NCBI GenBank assembly: GCA_025451775.1
Contig: JANWJU010000157.1
Span: 635 to 64,634 of the forward strand
DNA length: 64,000 nucleotides
Direction of reading: 5' to 3'
DNA from: Terriglobales bacterium
GTDB taxonomy: Bacteria; Acidobacteriota; Terriglobia; Terriglobales; SCQP01
A model generated the notes under the pieces. The model saw nothing but the letters and a program-made list of their open reading frames with translations. It made no database searches and had not been told where the DNA came from. The position numbers and the translations under genes are program-made. Positions 26,324 to 34,918 of the stretch are shown here, one piece after another; positions within the stretch are counted from its first letter, which is position 1; every line of letters starts with the position of its first letter.

Positions 26324-27123
26324 TACACCTGCGAGTAAGCAGCCGGCGTGAGAATGGCGTTATCGACGTTGGCCACCAGCGCCTCAAAGTTGTAGCGCGG
26401 ATTGCCGGTGAGGGCCTTCCATTCGTCCGAGCCGAAGAACGTCTTCCAATAGGCATCCCGCTCGGCGAGGGAAGGGAAGCCGATCATATACGTCAGGTTC
26501 GGCTGCCGGGAACCGATCAGCGTGTCGCCCATGAAGATGGGCCAGAACCCGGACTTTTTGAAGATCGGCAGCTCGCCGACGTTCACCATCTCGACCTTGC
26601 GCCGGTGATCCTGGTCGGTCGAGCTCTCGTAGGTGCGCAGTTCGAACATCCGCGTCTCCTTGGCCGCACCGCCCGGCGGCGGCGTCAGCTTCGGCAGCGC
26701 CTCCAGCGCGTACAGCATGGCGCTCTCCAGCCGCACAAACCCCGGCTGCGCCATGGGCGCATTGAGAAACGCCGCCGCGGCCTTTTGATAGACGGCATCA
26801 TCGACCAGCCGGTACTCGGCGGTGAGCAGCGTCTCCGCCTTCGCCGCCGGCATGAGCACGTAAGTCGAGGGCCCACCGGCGCCGATGGACACGCTGAACA
26901 CGCCCACCGGCCCAATCCCCAGCCGGTTCAGCGCCGGAATCAGCGCGTCGCGGAAGTACGCCGACGCCAACCGCTGCTGGGGCCCTGAAAGCAGATGGTA
27001 GCGGCGCAGTTCGTAGTACTCGCGGCTGCCGCTGCCCGCTGCCTGCGCCGCCAGCCCGCCCGCCGCCGCCGTCGCCGCGGCCGCCGTCGCCAGTGAGGAT
27101 GCCAAAAAGTCGCGTCGATCCAT
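26323..27123 (-). CDS. Tat-exported tandem NIPSNAP-domain protein
   Basis: The Met at 27123 gives Tat signal MDRRDFLASSLATAAAAT; the ORF track extends to 27168. Two NIPSNAP-like halves are present: ...YYELRRYHL... and ...MFELRTYES... Confidence 0.75.
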   Translation of the reverse strand: MDRRDFLASSLATAAAATAAAGGLAAQAAGSGSREYYELRRYHLLSGPQQRLASAYFRDALIPALNRLGIGPVGVFSVSIGAGGPSTYVLMPAAKAETLLTAEYRLVDDAVYQKAAAAFLNAPMAQPGFVRLESAMLYALEALPKLTPPPGGAAKETRMFELRTYESSTDQDHRRKVEMVNVGELPIFKKSGFWPIFMGDTLIGSRQPNLTYMIGFPSLAERDAYWKTFFGSDEWKALTGNPRYNFEALVANVDNAILTPAAYSQV

Positions 27124-27197
27124 GTTCCCTCCTGCTCGCGAAGCGATCATCCCACAGTCAATGCCCACCCGTCCACATGGTAAACTGGCACCTGCGT

Positions 27198-27274
<77 letters not shown>

Positions 27275-27293
27275 CCCTCCCTGGAGTTCATTC

Positions 27294-28589
27294 TTATAAA
27301 TCCTGCGCCGCGAGTACCGCCGGTTCCAGCCGCGGCGCCAGCAGGTGGATGGCGGCGATGGCGATCAGATAGGCGGAGCCGGCGATGATGAAGGGGATGG
27401 CGTAGCTGCCGGTCCATTGCAGCAGGTGCCCGACCACGCTGGCGATGACCATGCCGCCCAGCGCGCCGGCCGTGCCGCCGATGCCGACGACTGAGGCCAC
27501 CGTGCGGCGGGGAAACATATCGCTGGGCAGCGTGAACAGGTTGGCGGAAAATCCTTGGTGCGCCGCCACCGCCAGACCGATCAGCAGCACGGCTCCGGTG
27601 GTGGATTCGACCCTCGACGTGAAGACGATCGGCGTCACGGCCACGGCGCAAATCAACATGGCGATCTTCCGTGCCGCATTGACGCTTTTTCCCCGCTGTA
27701 TCAGCGATGACGACAACCAGCCACCGGCGACGCTGCCGACGTCGGCCATGAGGTAGATCAACATGATGGGCACGCCAAGCTGGATTAGGGAGAGGCCATG
27801 CTCCCGCTGCAGAAAGTCGGGAATCCAGAAGAGGAAAAACCACCAGATCGGATCGGTCAGAAGTTTGCCGACGGTGTAGGCCCAGGTTTGCCGGTAGGGC
27901 AACAACGTCAGCCACGAGACGCGGATCTCGGGATCGGCCGGGTCGCTGCGGATGTAGGCCAACTCCCCGGCTGAGCAGCGTGGTTGTTCCGCTGGCGGAT
28001 GATAGAGCCAGAACCAGGCGGCCAGCCACACAAATCCCAGGCCACCAATAAAATAAAACGCTGCGCGCCAGCCCCAGTGAATGGTGATCCAAGGCACGAG
28101 AAACGGGGTGACGACGGCGCCGATGTTGGTGCCGGCGTTGGCGATGCCGAAAGCCAGCGAGCGCTCCTTGCGGGGGAACCATTCCGCGATGGCTTTCAGG
28201 CTCGCCGGGAATACCGCCGACTCCGAGAGGCCGAGGGCAAAGCGGGCGGCTAAAAATTCGGTAAATGAGGACGCAAACCCATGCGCCATCGAGGCCAGAC
28301 TCCAGATCGCCATCGCCCAGGCGTAACCAATGCGGGTTCCCCAACGATCAATCGCCTGCCCCGCCGCGATCATCCCCAGCGCGTACGCGGCTTGAAAAGC
28401 AACGACCAGATTGCCGTAGTCGATTTCGTTCCAGCCAAACTGGTGTTGCAGGGTGTCCTTCAGGATGCCGATCACCTGCCGGTCCATGTAGTTTTTGGTG
28501 GTACCGGCGAGCAGCAGCGCGCAGATCGTCCAGCGGAAACCGGTGGCCAGTCGAGTTTTCGTCGTGGATGTTGCTGTTGACTGGGGCAT
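27294..28589 (-). CDS. MFS transporter, hexuronate (ExuT)/ACS-family-like
   Basis: 431 aa, ...FRWTICALLLAGTTKNYMDRQVIGILKDTLQHQFGWNEIDYGNLVVAFQAAYALG..., typical of ExuT-like anion:cation symporters. It is the last gene of the minus-strand sugar operon. Confidence 0.8.
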   Translation of the reverse strand: MPQSTATSTTKTRLATGFRWTICALLLAGTTKNYMDRQVIGILKDTLQHQFGWNEIDYGNLVVAFQAAYALGMIAAGQAIDRWGTRIGYAWAMAIWSLASMAHGFASSFTEFLAARFALGLSESAVFPASLKAIAEWFPRKERSLAFGIANAGTNIGAVVTPFLVPWITIHWGWRAAFYFIGGLGFVWLAAWFWLYHPPAEQPRCSAGELAYIRSDPADPEIRVSWLTLLPYRQTWAYTVGKLLTDPIWWFFLFWIPDFLQREHGLSLIQLGVPIMLIYLMADVGSVAGGWLSSSLIQRGKSVNAARKIAMLICAVAVTPIVFTSRVESTTGAVLLIGLAVAAHQGFSANLFTLPSDMFPRRTVASVVGIGGTAGALGGMVIASVVGHLLQWTGSYAIPFIIAGSAYLIAIAAIHLLAPRLEPAVLAAQDL

Positions 28590-28615
28590 AGAGCAGTCCC
28601 AAATGTTTGTGCGTT

Positions 28616-31144
28616 TTACGGTTGGGAGGGATGAATCGACACGTAATCGAGCGGCGCCAGCTCGCGGCCGTCCGGCGTGCCCTCGATGCGAATAACGTCG
28701 CCGGGGCGCAGCGCCAGGCCGGGTATCTGGCGGCGGGTTGAGGTGTCGCCGCCCAGGCGGAAGCCGGGCAGGTCATTATCGGCGCTCCACTCATCGACCA
28801 TCTGTTGGCCCACGAAAACCTTGAACGTGGACTCTCCCCGGCTCAGGTCGAAGTATTGCACGTTCATCTGGTACCATCCGGCGGGCCGCTCGAACTTAAA
28901 GCTGGCCACGCACGCCTTGCCGGGCGTGTTGCAGGTCACCGCTTTTCCGCCCGAGGCGTTTTCTGCCGGCGTCACGTTGACGGGAGCATAACCCTGGAGC
29001 GTCATCGATTCTGCTTCGGTGCGATCAGGATAGTAACCGACACGGCCGCGGGCATCGGCGATGCCCGACATGCGCAAAAACCAGTTGCACACCGCATCCC
29101 GCCAGACGATGGCGTTCCCGGCCTGATATTGCAGCCGGCCCAGCACAAACGCATACCGTTCTGGATCGATCAGTCCCCGCAGCGACTCCCAGTCACGAAC
29201 GTACTGTTGCACCCGCTGGACGCCCGTGTAGTGCGCGTCGTAGATGTACTGAATGACCGTTTGGCCCGAGTGCAACTTGTAGGTGTAGGGAACATGGTGG
29301 AAGAACAGCAGTAGATCGTCCGGTGTCGCGGCCAGCGTTTCAAACTGCTTCTGCACCGCGGGGGAATACTGTCCGATGAAGCCGGTGCCGGTGGCCACGG
29401 TGCGATCCATGCCGACGCCCTGGGGATCGGCGCGAAACCATTGGCCCCATCCGTTGTGCTCCGCAGAGCCCACGCCGGGACCATAGTGCGTGCCGAGAAT
29501 GTCGGTGAGCGTGCCGATGCCGAGTGAGCCCGTGTAGTCCTCATAGGTGCGCCACGAAGACATCTGCATCTGGTCGATGGTGCGGACAACTTCGGGGTTG
29601 TTGCCAAAGGTCAGTCGGGTCCACTCGTTCACGATCGCCGCGGCGCTCAAATCCGGGTTCCATGCCAGCCGTCCGAAGCCGTAGAGATTGGCCATGGACA
29701 TGGGGTTGCCGTCCCAGTTCGCGTCCAGCCCGACGTTGCTCACGCCCGCAAACCCGCCCAGCGGGCGATGCAACGAACGGCCGGTCACGATGTCCTTCAC
29801 CGGCGTGAGCCGGCCATCCACGTGCATGTCGAAATCGAGTGTCTTTTTCCACATCGGCACCAGGAAAACGAGGTGCCGCTGCTGCCCCAGATACTCCTGG
29901 GTGATCTGCAGCTCGATGGCTTGGTTGGTTTTGGTCAGCCCTCCAAAGAGCGGCGACGCCGGTTCGCGCACTTGGAAATCAATTGGCCCGTTTTTGATCT
30001 GGATGATGACGTTGCTGGCGAATTGGCCGTCGAGCGGATGAAAAATGTCATACGCCGCTTTGGCGCGGTCGTTCTTCAGATTGCGCCAATCGAGATGGGA
30101 GTCATAGACGAAGGCACGGTAGAACAGCAACCCGCCATGCGGCTGGAGCGCGCCGGCCAGCATGTTGGCGGCATCGGCCGGCGTGCGCCCATAACTGGCG
30201 GGACCAGGTTTGCCTTCCGAATCCGCCTTGACCAGAAATCCGCCAAAATCCGGAATCTGGCGGTAAATCGCGTCGACTTTCTGCGTCCACCAGGCGATCA
30301 CCCGCGGGTCCTTGGGGTCATAGGTATCGAGTTGGCCCAAGGCTTTCGGCGTGCTGAAATTGACGGCGATCTCCAGCTTCACCCCCCAGGGACGGAAGGC
30401 GTCGGCGATCCGTGCCAACTGCGGAATAAAGTCATCGGACAAGATCTTCGGGTCGGCATTCACATTGTTGACCACGCAACCATTGATGCCCACCGACGCC
30501 AGCAGCCGTGCGTAATCGCTGGCACGGCTCAGATCGGCGCGCACGCCGCCGTTGTCAAAGAAGATCGAGCGGCCGCCATACCCGCGCTCAATGCTGCCGT
30601 TCAGGTTATCCCATTCATTCACCCAGCGCACGGGCGCGGAGGGCTGCTCCGTCACCCGCAAGGAGCGCACATCTTCGTCCAGGGCGATTCTGTGCAATAG
30701 ATCGAAGGTGCCGTAGAGCGCGCCGGGCGCGTCGGCGCCGGCGACGATCAGGCACTCATGCCCGTGCACCGGGGCAGTCGCGATCCAGTAGCCACCCGCA
30801 GCCAGGGAGTGCGGTGCTTGTGCGCTCGGGGCCGCCGTCCGCAACGCCTCCAGCGTCGTGATCAGAATGGCGTTTTCCGTGGGCAGACCCTGCTCGTTAC
30901 GTAAAGTCCGCCCCAGCATCCCGCGCACGCCACGGATCAGCTCCGTCTGCGCCGTCTGCAATACGGTTGCAGGTCCCAGCACGGCCACCGTGGCCGGCAG
31001 GGTGTTGTACTGGGTTCGCTCCACCGCTGTCAGTGGCGCGTACCGGAGCCACGCTGCGCTGCCGTCGTCGGCGTGAGCGCTGGTTGCGTTGGTTGCAACT
31101 ACCAGCACAGCCAGTAGCAGACTCAGGGGACGGAATCGCGTCAT
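28616..31144 (-). CDS. aguA: alpha-glucuronidase (GH67) with C-terminal carbohydrate-binding-like domain
   Basis: 842 aa with a signal peptide. ADDGSAAWLRYAPL matches the GH67 N-terminal motif, and ...GYGGRSIFF...INGCVVNNVNA... matches the catalytic-domain motifs. About 130 extra C-terminal residues (...GGKAVTCNTPGKACVASFKFERPAGWYQMNVQYFD...) look CBM-like. Confidence 0.85.
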   Translation of the reverse strand: MTRFRPLSLLLAVLVVATNATSAHADDGSAAWLRYAPLTAVERTQYNTLPATVAVLGPATVLQTAQTELIRGVRGMLGRTLRNEQGLPTENAILITTLEALRTAAPSAQAPHSLAAGGYWIATAPVHGHECLIVAGADAPGALYGTFDLLHRIALDEDVRSLRVTEQPSAPVRWVNEWDNLNGSIERGYGGRSIFFDNGGVRADLSRASDYARLLASVGINGCVVNNVNADPKILSDDFIPQLARIADAFRPWGVKLEIAVNFSTPKALGQLDTYDPKDPRVIAWWTQKVDAIYRQIPDFGGFLVKADSEGKPGPASYGRTPADAANMLAGALQPHGGLLFYRAFVYDSHLDWRNLKNDRAKAAYDIFHPLDGQFASNVIIQIKNGPIDFQVREPASPLFGGLTKTNQAIELQITQEYLGQQRHLVFLVPMWKKTLDFDMHVDGRLTPVKDIVTGRSLHRPLGGFAGVSNVGLDANWDGNPMSMANLYGFGRLAWNPDLSAAAIVNEWTRLTFGNNPEVVRTIDQMQMSSWRTYEDYTGSLGIGTLTDILGTHYGPGVGSAEHNGWGQWFRADPQGVGMDRTVATGTGFIGQYSPAVQKQFETLAATPDDLLLFFHHVPYTYKLHSGQTVIQYIYDAHYTGVQRVQQYVRDWESLRGLIDPERYAFVLGRLQYQAGNAIVWRDAVCNWFLRMSGIADARGRVGYYPDRTEAESMTLQGYAPVNVTPAENASGGKAVTCNTPGKACVASFKFERPAGWYQMNVQYFDLSRGESTFKVFVGQQMVDEWSADNDLPGFRLGGDTSTRRQIPGLALRPGDVIRIEGTPDGRELAPLDYVSIHPSQP

Positions 31145-31176
31145 TTACTTCCTCGGTCGTAACTATACTCCGCGCG

Positions 31177-32811
31177 TCAATCTCCCGTGGCGCTGGCGCT
31201 CGCGGTGGCGGAGGCAACCCGAATCAGTTCCGGCAGGCAGGCGCCGGCGGCGGCTCCGGTTTGCCCGAGGGCGAAGTAGAGGTCGCGGTACAAAGGGTAG
31301 AGGCGGGCATAGATGGCCTCGGCGGCGGGGTCGGGGAGGTAGACCTTGTGGGGCGGGCAGAGGGCGTCCTGGGCCGCCTCAATGGTTGGGTAGGAACCGG
31401 CCGCGAGGTGGGCGAAGACGGCCGCGCCCAGGCTCGTGACCGGGGCGGTGGGCACCAGCACCGGGCGCCCCAGCACGTTGGCGTAGACCTGGTTGAGGGT
31501 GGAGTTCGTCTGCGGAATGCCGCCGCCGTGGATAATGCGGGTGAAGCGGGCGCCGTGTTCGGCCATGCGGTCGAGGATCAGGCGGGTGTGGAAGGCGGTG
31601 CCTTCGATGGCGGCGAAGAGCTCGTCCTGCGCGGTGTGGTGCAGCTTCCAGCCCAGGGTGACGCCGCCCAGGTTGGGGTTGACCAGCACGGTGCGGTCGC
31701 CGTTGTCCCAGCTCAGGCGCAGAAGGCCCGTCTGGCCGGCGCGATAGCGTTCCAAGCCTTGGCTGAGCGTCCCCACGGAGACGCCGGCGCGGCGGGCGAT
31801 GGCGTCGAAGATGTCGCCGGTGGCCGACAATCCGGCTTCCACGCCCGTGTAGCCGGGGTGTACGCTGCCCCGCACCACGCCACACACGCCCGGGATCAAT
31901 TGCGTCTCGCCGGTGATGCCGATCATGCAGGTCGAGGTGCCGATCACGTTGACCATGTCGCCCTCGCGCGCCCCAGCGCCAATCGCATCCCAATGGGCGT
32001 CGAAGGCGCCGACCGGGATGGGGATGCCAGCGCACAGGCCCAGCTCGGCCGCCCATGCGGGGGCGAGGTGGCCGGCGATGCAGTTCGAGGTCTGGGGCTC
32101 GCCGGCCATTTTGGCGCGCACCCCGGCGAGCAGCGGATCGAGCCCCGTCAGGAAACGCTCCGGCGGCAAGCCGCCCAGGTCAGGGTGCCAGAGCCATTTG
32201 TGGCCCAGGGCGCACACGCTGCGCGCGGCCTGCCGGGGAGCGGTGACGCCGGCGAGCGTGGCGGCGATGAATTCACAGTGCTCAAAGGCGTTGGCGAAGC
32301 TCGGGCGTTCATCAGGGTGGTGGCGCAGCCAGTGCAGGAGCTTCGCCCATCCCCACTCTGAGGAGTAAACACCGCCGCACCACTCGATCGCCGGGAGCGC
32401 CTCGCGCCGCGCCCGCTCGGTAATCTCGGCGGCTTCGGCCTTGGCGCGGTGGTCGCACCAGAGGTAGTACTCGCTCAGCGGCTGCATGTGCGCATCCACG
32501 GGAATCACCGAGGAGCCGGTGGTGTCGAGGGCGAGGGCGGCGATGGCGTTAGCGGGGAGGCCCGATTCGCGCAAGGCTTGGCGGGTGGCTTGGGCCAGCG
32601 CGCGCAGGTGATCGGCGTGGGACTGGGTGGCGTACTCGGGATCGCTCGGGCGGCGGTGCAACGGGATCTCGGCCACGGCGGAGGCGAGGCGGCCGCGGGC
32701 GCTGTCCACCAACGAGACGCGCACGCTGAGCGTCCCGAAATCGACGCCGGCTACGACTTGTTGGCCGCCGGCCCCAGCGCGGCTAGGCCGCCCGTCCCGT
32801 GGCTCAGGCAT
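31177..32811 (-). CDS. araB: ribulokinase (FGGY family)
   Basis: The Met at 32811 (MPEPRDG...VVAGVDFGTLSVRVSLVD...) is preferred; the ORF-track start at 33039 would overlap the upstream gene by 230 nt. The protein is collinear with E. coli AraB motifs (...LDTTGSSVIP...LWCDHRAKAEAAEIT...). Confidence 0.88.
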   Translation of the reverse strand: MPEPRDGRPSRAGAGGQQVVAGVDFGTLSVRVSLVDSARGRLASAVAEIPLHRRPSDPEYATQSHADHLRALAQATRQALRESGLPANAIAALALDTTGSSVIPVDAHMQPLSEYYLWCDHRAKAEAAEITERARREALPAIEWCGGVYSSEWGWAKLLHWLRHHPDERPSFANAFEHCEFIAATLAGVTAPRQAARSVCALGHKWLWHPDLGGLPPERFLTGLDPLLAGVRAKMAGEPQTSNCIAGHLAPAWAAELGLCAGIPIPVGAFDAHWDAIGAGAREGDMVNVIGTSTCMIGITGETQLIPGVCGVVRGSVHPGYTGVEAGLSATGDIFDAIARRAGVSVGTLSQGLERYRAGQTGLLRLSWDNGDRTVLVNPNLGGVTLGWKLHHTAQDELFAAIEGTAFHTRLILDRMAEHGARFTRIIHGGGIPQTNSTLNQVYANVLGRPVLVPTAPVTSLGAAVFAHLAAGSYPTIEAAQDALCPPHKVYLPDPAAEAIYARLYPLYRDLYFALGQTGAAAGACLPELIRVASATASASATGD

Positions 32812-34201
32812 GGAGATGCATGTCCCATTGCAGGTACCGGGTTGTGGCTTCGTGGATGGCGGCCGCGCATTGGGAGAAGTTGGCCGCGACGTGGTGCTCG
32901 AAGCCCTGCTCGCAGATGTAGCGCAGCAAGCGCTGCATCTGCGGGATCTCGACCACGCCCGCGCCGCCAAAGGTCTGCAGCGGATCGTCGGTGAAGCGGC
33001 CCTCGCCGCTGTAGCCGCGCATGCGGCCCGAGGTGTCATCGGTCGAGAAGCGGGCGTAGGTCATGGCGCCGGCTTTCACTTTCCCCACCACCGTGCCGTA
33101 GGTGTTCTCGACGCCCACCGTGCCGGCGATGATGGCCTGGAAGTCCATCTTGGTGGAGTTGAAGAAATGCTTGGGCAGGTTGCTGCAATGGAAGCAAACC
33201 GCCTTGTTGGGGTCGGCGCCGTAGTTGTTGTTCCAGTCGAGCAGGGCGCTGGGGGTGCCGGAGGCGAGGCGGAGCGCGTGCATGGCGAGGACGCCGCAGA
33301 TGTCCACCTCGCAAGCGCTGGAGAGCAGGCCCTCGCTCATCATGCTCATCAAGGTGCAGGGGACGACGCCCAGGTTCTCCTCAATCGACGTCCAGCACTG
33401 CACCGCGCTGATCTCGACCGCGGCGTGGCGCATCCAGCGATCGATGACCGCGCCCAGTTTGGCCATTTTCAGCAGTGCGGCTTCGGGCGTGTTGCCGGTA
33501 TCGACGTAGCGGCGGATGGCGGCGAGCTTGGCCTGGGCGGCGTCGTCGTGGTCGGGCAGGCGTTGGATGCGCCCGATGACCTCGCTGAGATCCAGCGTCT
33601 CGACGGTGATGCCCTGGGCTTCGAGGATTTTTTCACTGTAGCGCACGGTGTTGAAGGCGGTGGGCCGGGCGCCGATGCTGCCGATGCGGAGGTTGCGCAG
33701 GCCGCGCACGATGCGGCACACGGCGGCGAATTGGGCGAGATCGGCGGCGAAGGCGTCACTCTCGGGCGCGACGGTGTGGGAGGCGGTCAGCGAGTAGGGG
33801 ATGCCGTACTGGCGCAGGTTGTTGCAGGCCGACATCTTGCCGCAGAAGCTGTCGCGGCGGGCGGCGATGGACATCTGCGCCGGGACGTCGGGTGTGGCCT
33901 GCACCAATACCGGGACGCGGAGGCCGGAGAGGCGCAGCGTGTCGGCCACGGCGCGCTCGTCGCCGAAGTTGGGCAGGGTGACGATGACGCCCGCGAGGTC
34001 GTCCTGATGGCTGCGGAACAGCGCGGCGCAGCGCTTGGCCTCCGCGTAGCTTTCGACCGCGCCATGGCGGGATTGCTCGGGGGTGAGCGCCACCGCTTCC
34101 AGGCCGGCGCGCTGCAGCGCCGCGAGCATTTCGGTGCGGCCGGATTCCGCGAGGTGGCCAGGGAAAAAACCGCGGTTGCCGACGATAAGGCCGATTTTCA
34201 T
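32804..34201 (-). CDS. L-fucose/L-arabinose isomerase family protein (probable non-canonical L-arabinose isomerase)
   Basis: 465 aa, MKIGLIVGNRGFFPGHLAESGR...VTLPNFGDERAV..., not E. coli AraA-like. It sits between araD and araB with 4-8 nt overlaps. Confidence 0.75.
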   Translation of the reverse strand: MKIGLIVGNRGFFPGHLAESGRTEMLAALQRAGLEAVALTPEQSRHGAVESYAEAKRCAALFRSHQDDLAGVIVTLPNFGDERAVADTLRLSGLRVPVLVQATPDVPAQMSIAARRDSFCGKMSACNNLRQYGIPYSLTASHTVAPESDAFAADLAQFAAVCRIVRGLRNLRIGSIGARPTAFNTVRYSEKILEAQGITVETLDLSEVIGRIQRLPDHDDAAQAKLAAIRRYVDTGNTPEAALLKMAKLGAVIDRWMRHAAVEISAVQCWTSIEENLGVVPCTLMSMMSEGLLSSACEVDICGVLAMHALRLASGTPSALLDWNNNYGADPNKAVCFHCSNLPKHFFNSTKMDFQAIIAGTVGVENTYGTVVGKVKAGAMTYARFSTDDTSGRMRGYSGEGRFTDDPLQTFGGAGVVEIPQMQRLLRYICEQGFEHHVAANFSQCAAAIHEATTRYLQWDMHLHA

Positions 34202-34905
34202 GAGGGCTGTCCGTAATAGGCGCTGGCGCCGTGTTTTCTCAGGAAGTGCTTGTCGTGAAGGGCGCGGGCCAGGGGAGCGGCATGCGCCGCCGAGTCCCCT
34301 GACAAGACCAGCGTCTGGTAGGCCATCTGGGCGATGGCTTCGAGGATCACGGCGTGATGGGCAGCGGCGGCGGGATCGCGGCCCCAGCTGAAGGGCCCGT
34401 GGCCGTGCACCAGAGCGCCGGGGATGTGGTCGGGGTTGAGACCCTCGAGGGCGCGGCAGATGGCGGTACCGGTTTCGGCCTCGTAGCCGGCCGCGATGGC
34501 CTGGTCGGCCAGGGGCGCGGTGACGGGTACGGGACCGTGGAAGTAATCGGCGTGGGTGGTGCCGAGGCAGGGAATGGAGCGCCCGGCCTGGGCCCAGGCG
34601 GTGGCGTAGTTGGAGTGGGTGTGGGCGACGCCGCCGACGGCGGGAAACTCACGGTAGAGGCGCAGGTGCGTGGGGAGATCGGAGGAGGGGCGAAGCGTGC
34701 CTTCGACGGGGCGCCCCTCCAGGTCGGTGATGACCATGTCGGCGGGCGTGAGCTGATCGTAGTCCACGCCGCTGGGCTTGATGACGACCAAGCCAGCGGC
34801 GCGATCGATGCCACTGGCGTTGCCAAAGGTATAGAGCACCAAGCCCCGGCGCACGAGTTCGAGGTTGGCCTCAAGGACCGCAGCTCTGAGTTCAGGCAGG
34901 CGCAT
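34198..34905 (-). CDS. araD: L-ribulose-5-phosphate 4-epimerase
   Basis: The Met at 34905 (MRLPELRAAVLEANLELVRRGLVLYTFGNASGIDR...VIKPSGVDY...PSSDLPTHLRLY...GGVAHTHSNYATAWAQAGRSIPCLGTTHADYF) is near-collinear with E. coli AraD. The ORF track extends to 34983. Confidence 0.92.
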   Translation of the reverse strand: MRLPELRAAVLEANLELVRRGLVLYTFGNASGIDRAAGLVVIKPSGVDYDQLTPADMVITDLEGRPVEGTLRPSSDLPTHLRLYREFPAVGGVAHTHSNYATAWAQAGRSIPCLGTTHADYFHGPVPVTAPLADQAIAAGYEAETGTAICRALEGLNPDHIPGALVHGHGPFSWGRDPAAAAHHAVILEAIAQMAYQTLVLSGDSAAHAAPLARALHDKHFLRKHGASAYYGQPS

Positions 34906-34918
34906 GGTCTCGTGATGA

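Noticed and set aside
30967-34216. Long plus-strand ORFs (464 aa and 529 aa) opposite araB and the isomerase.
   Set aside because: They are low-complexity Gly/Ala/Arg/Val translations. The minus-strand genes match AraB and the FucI-like isomerase along their full length.
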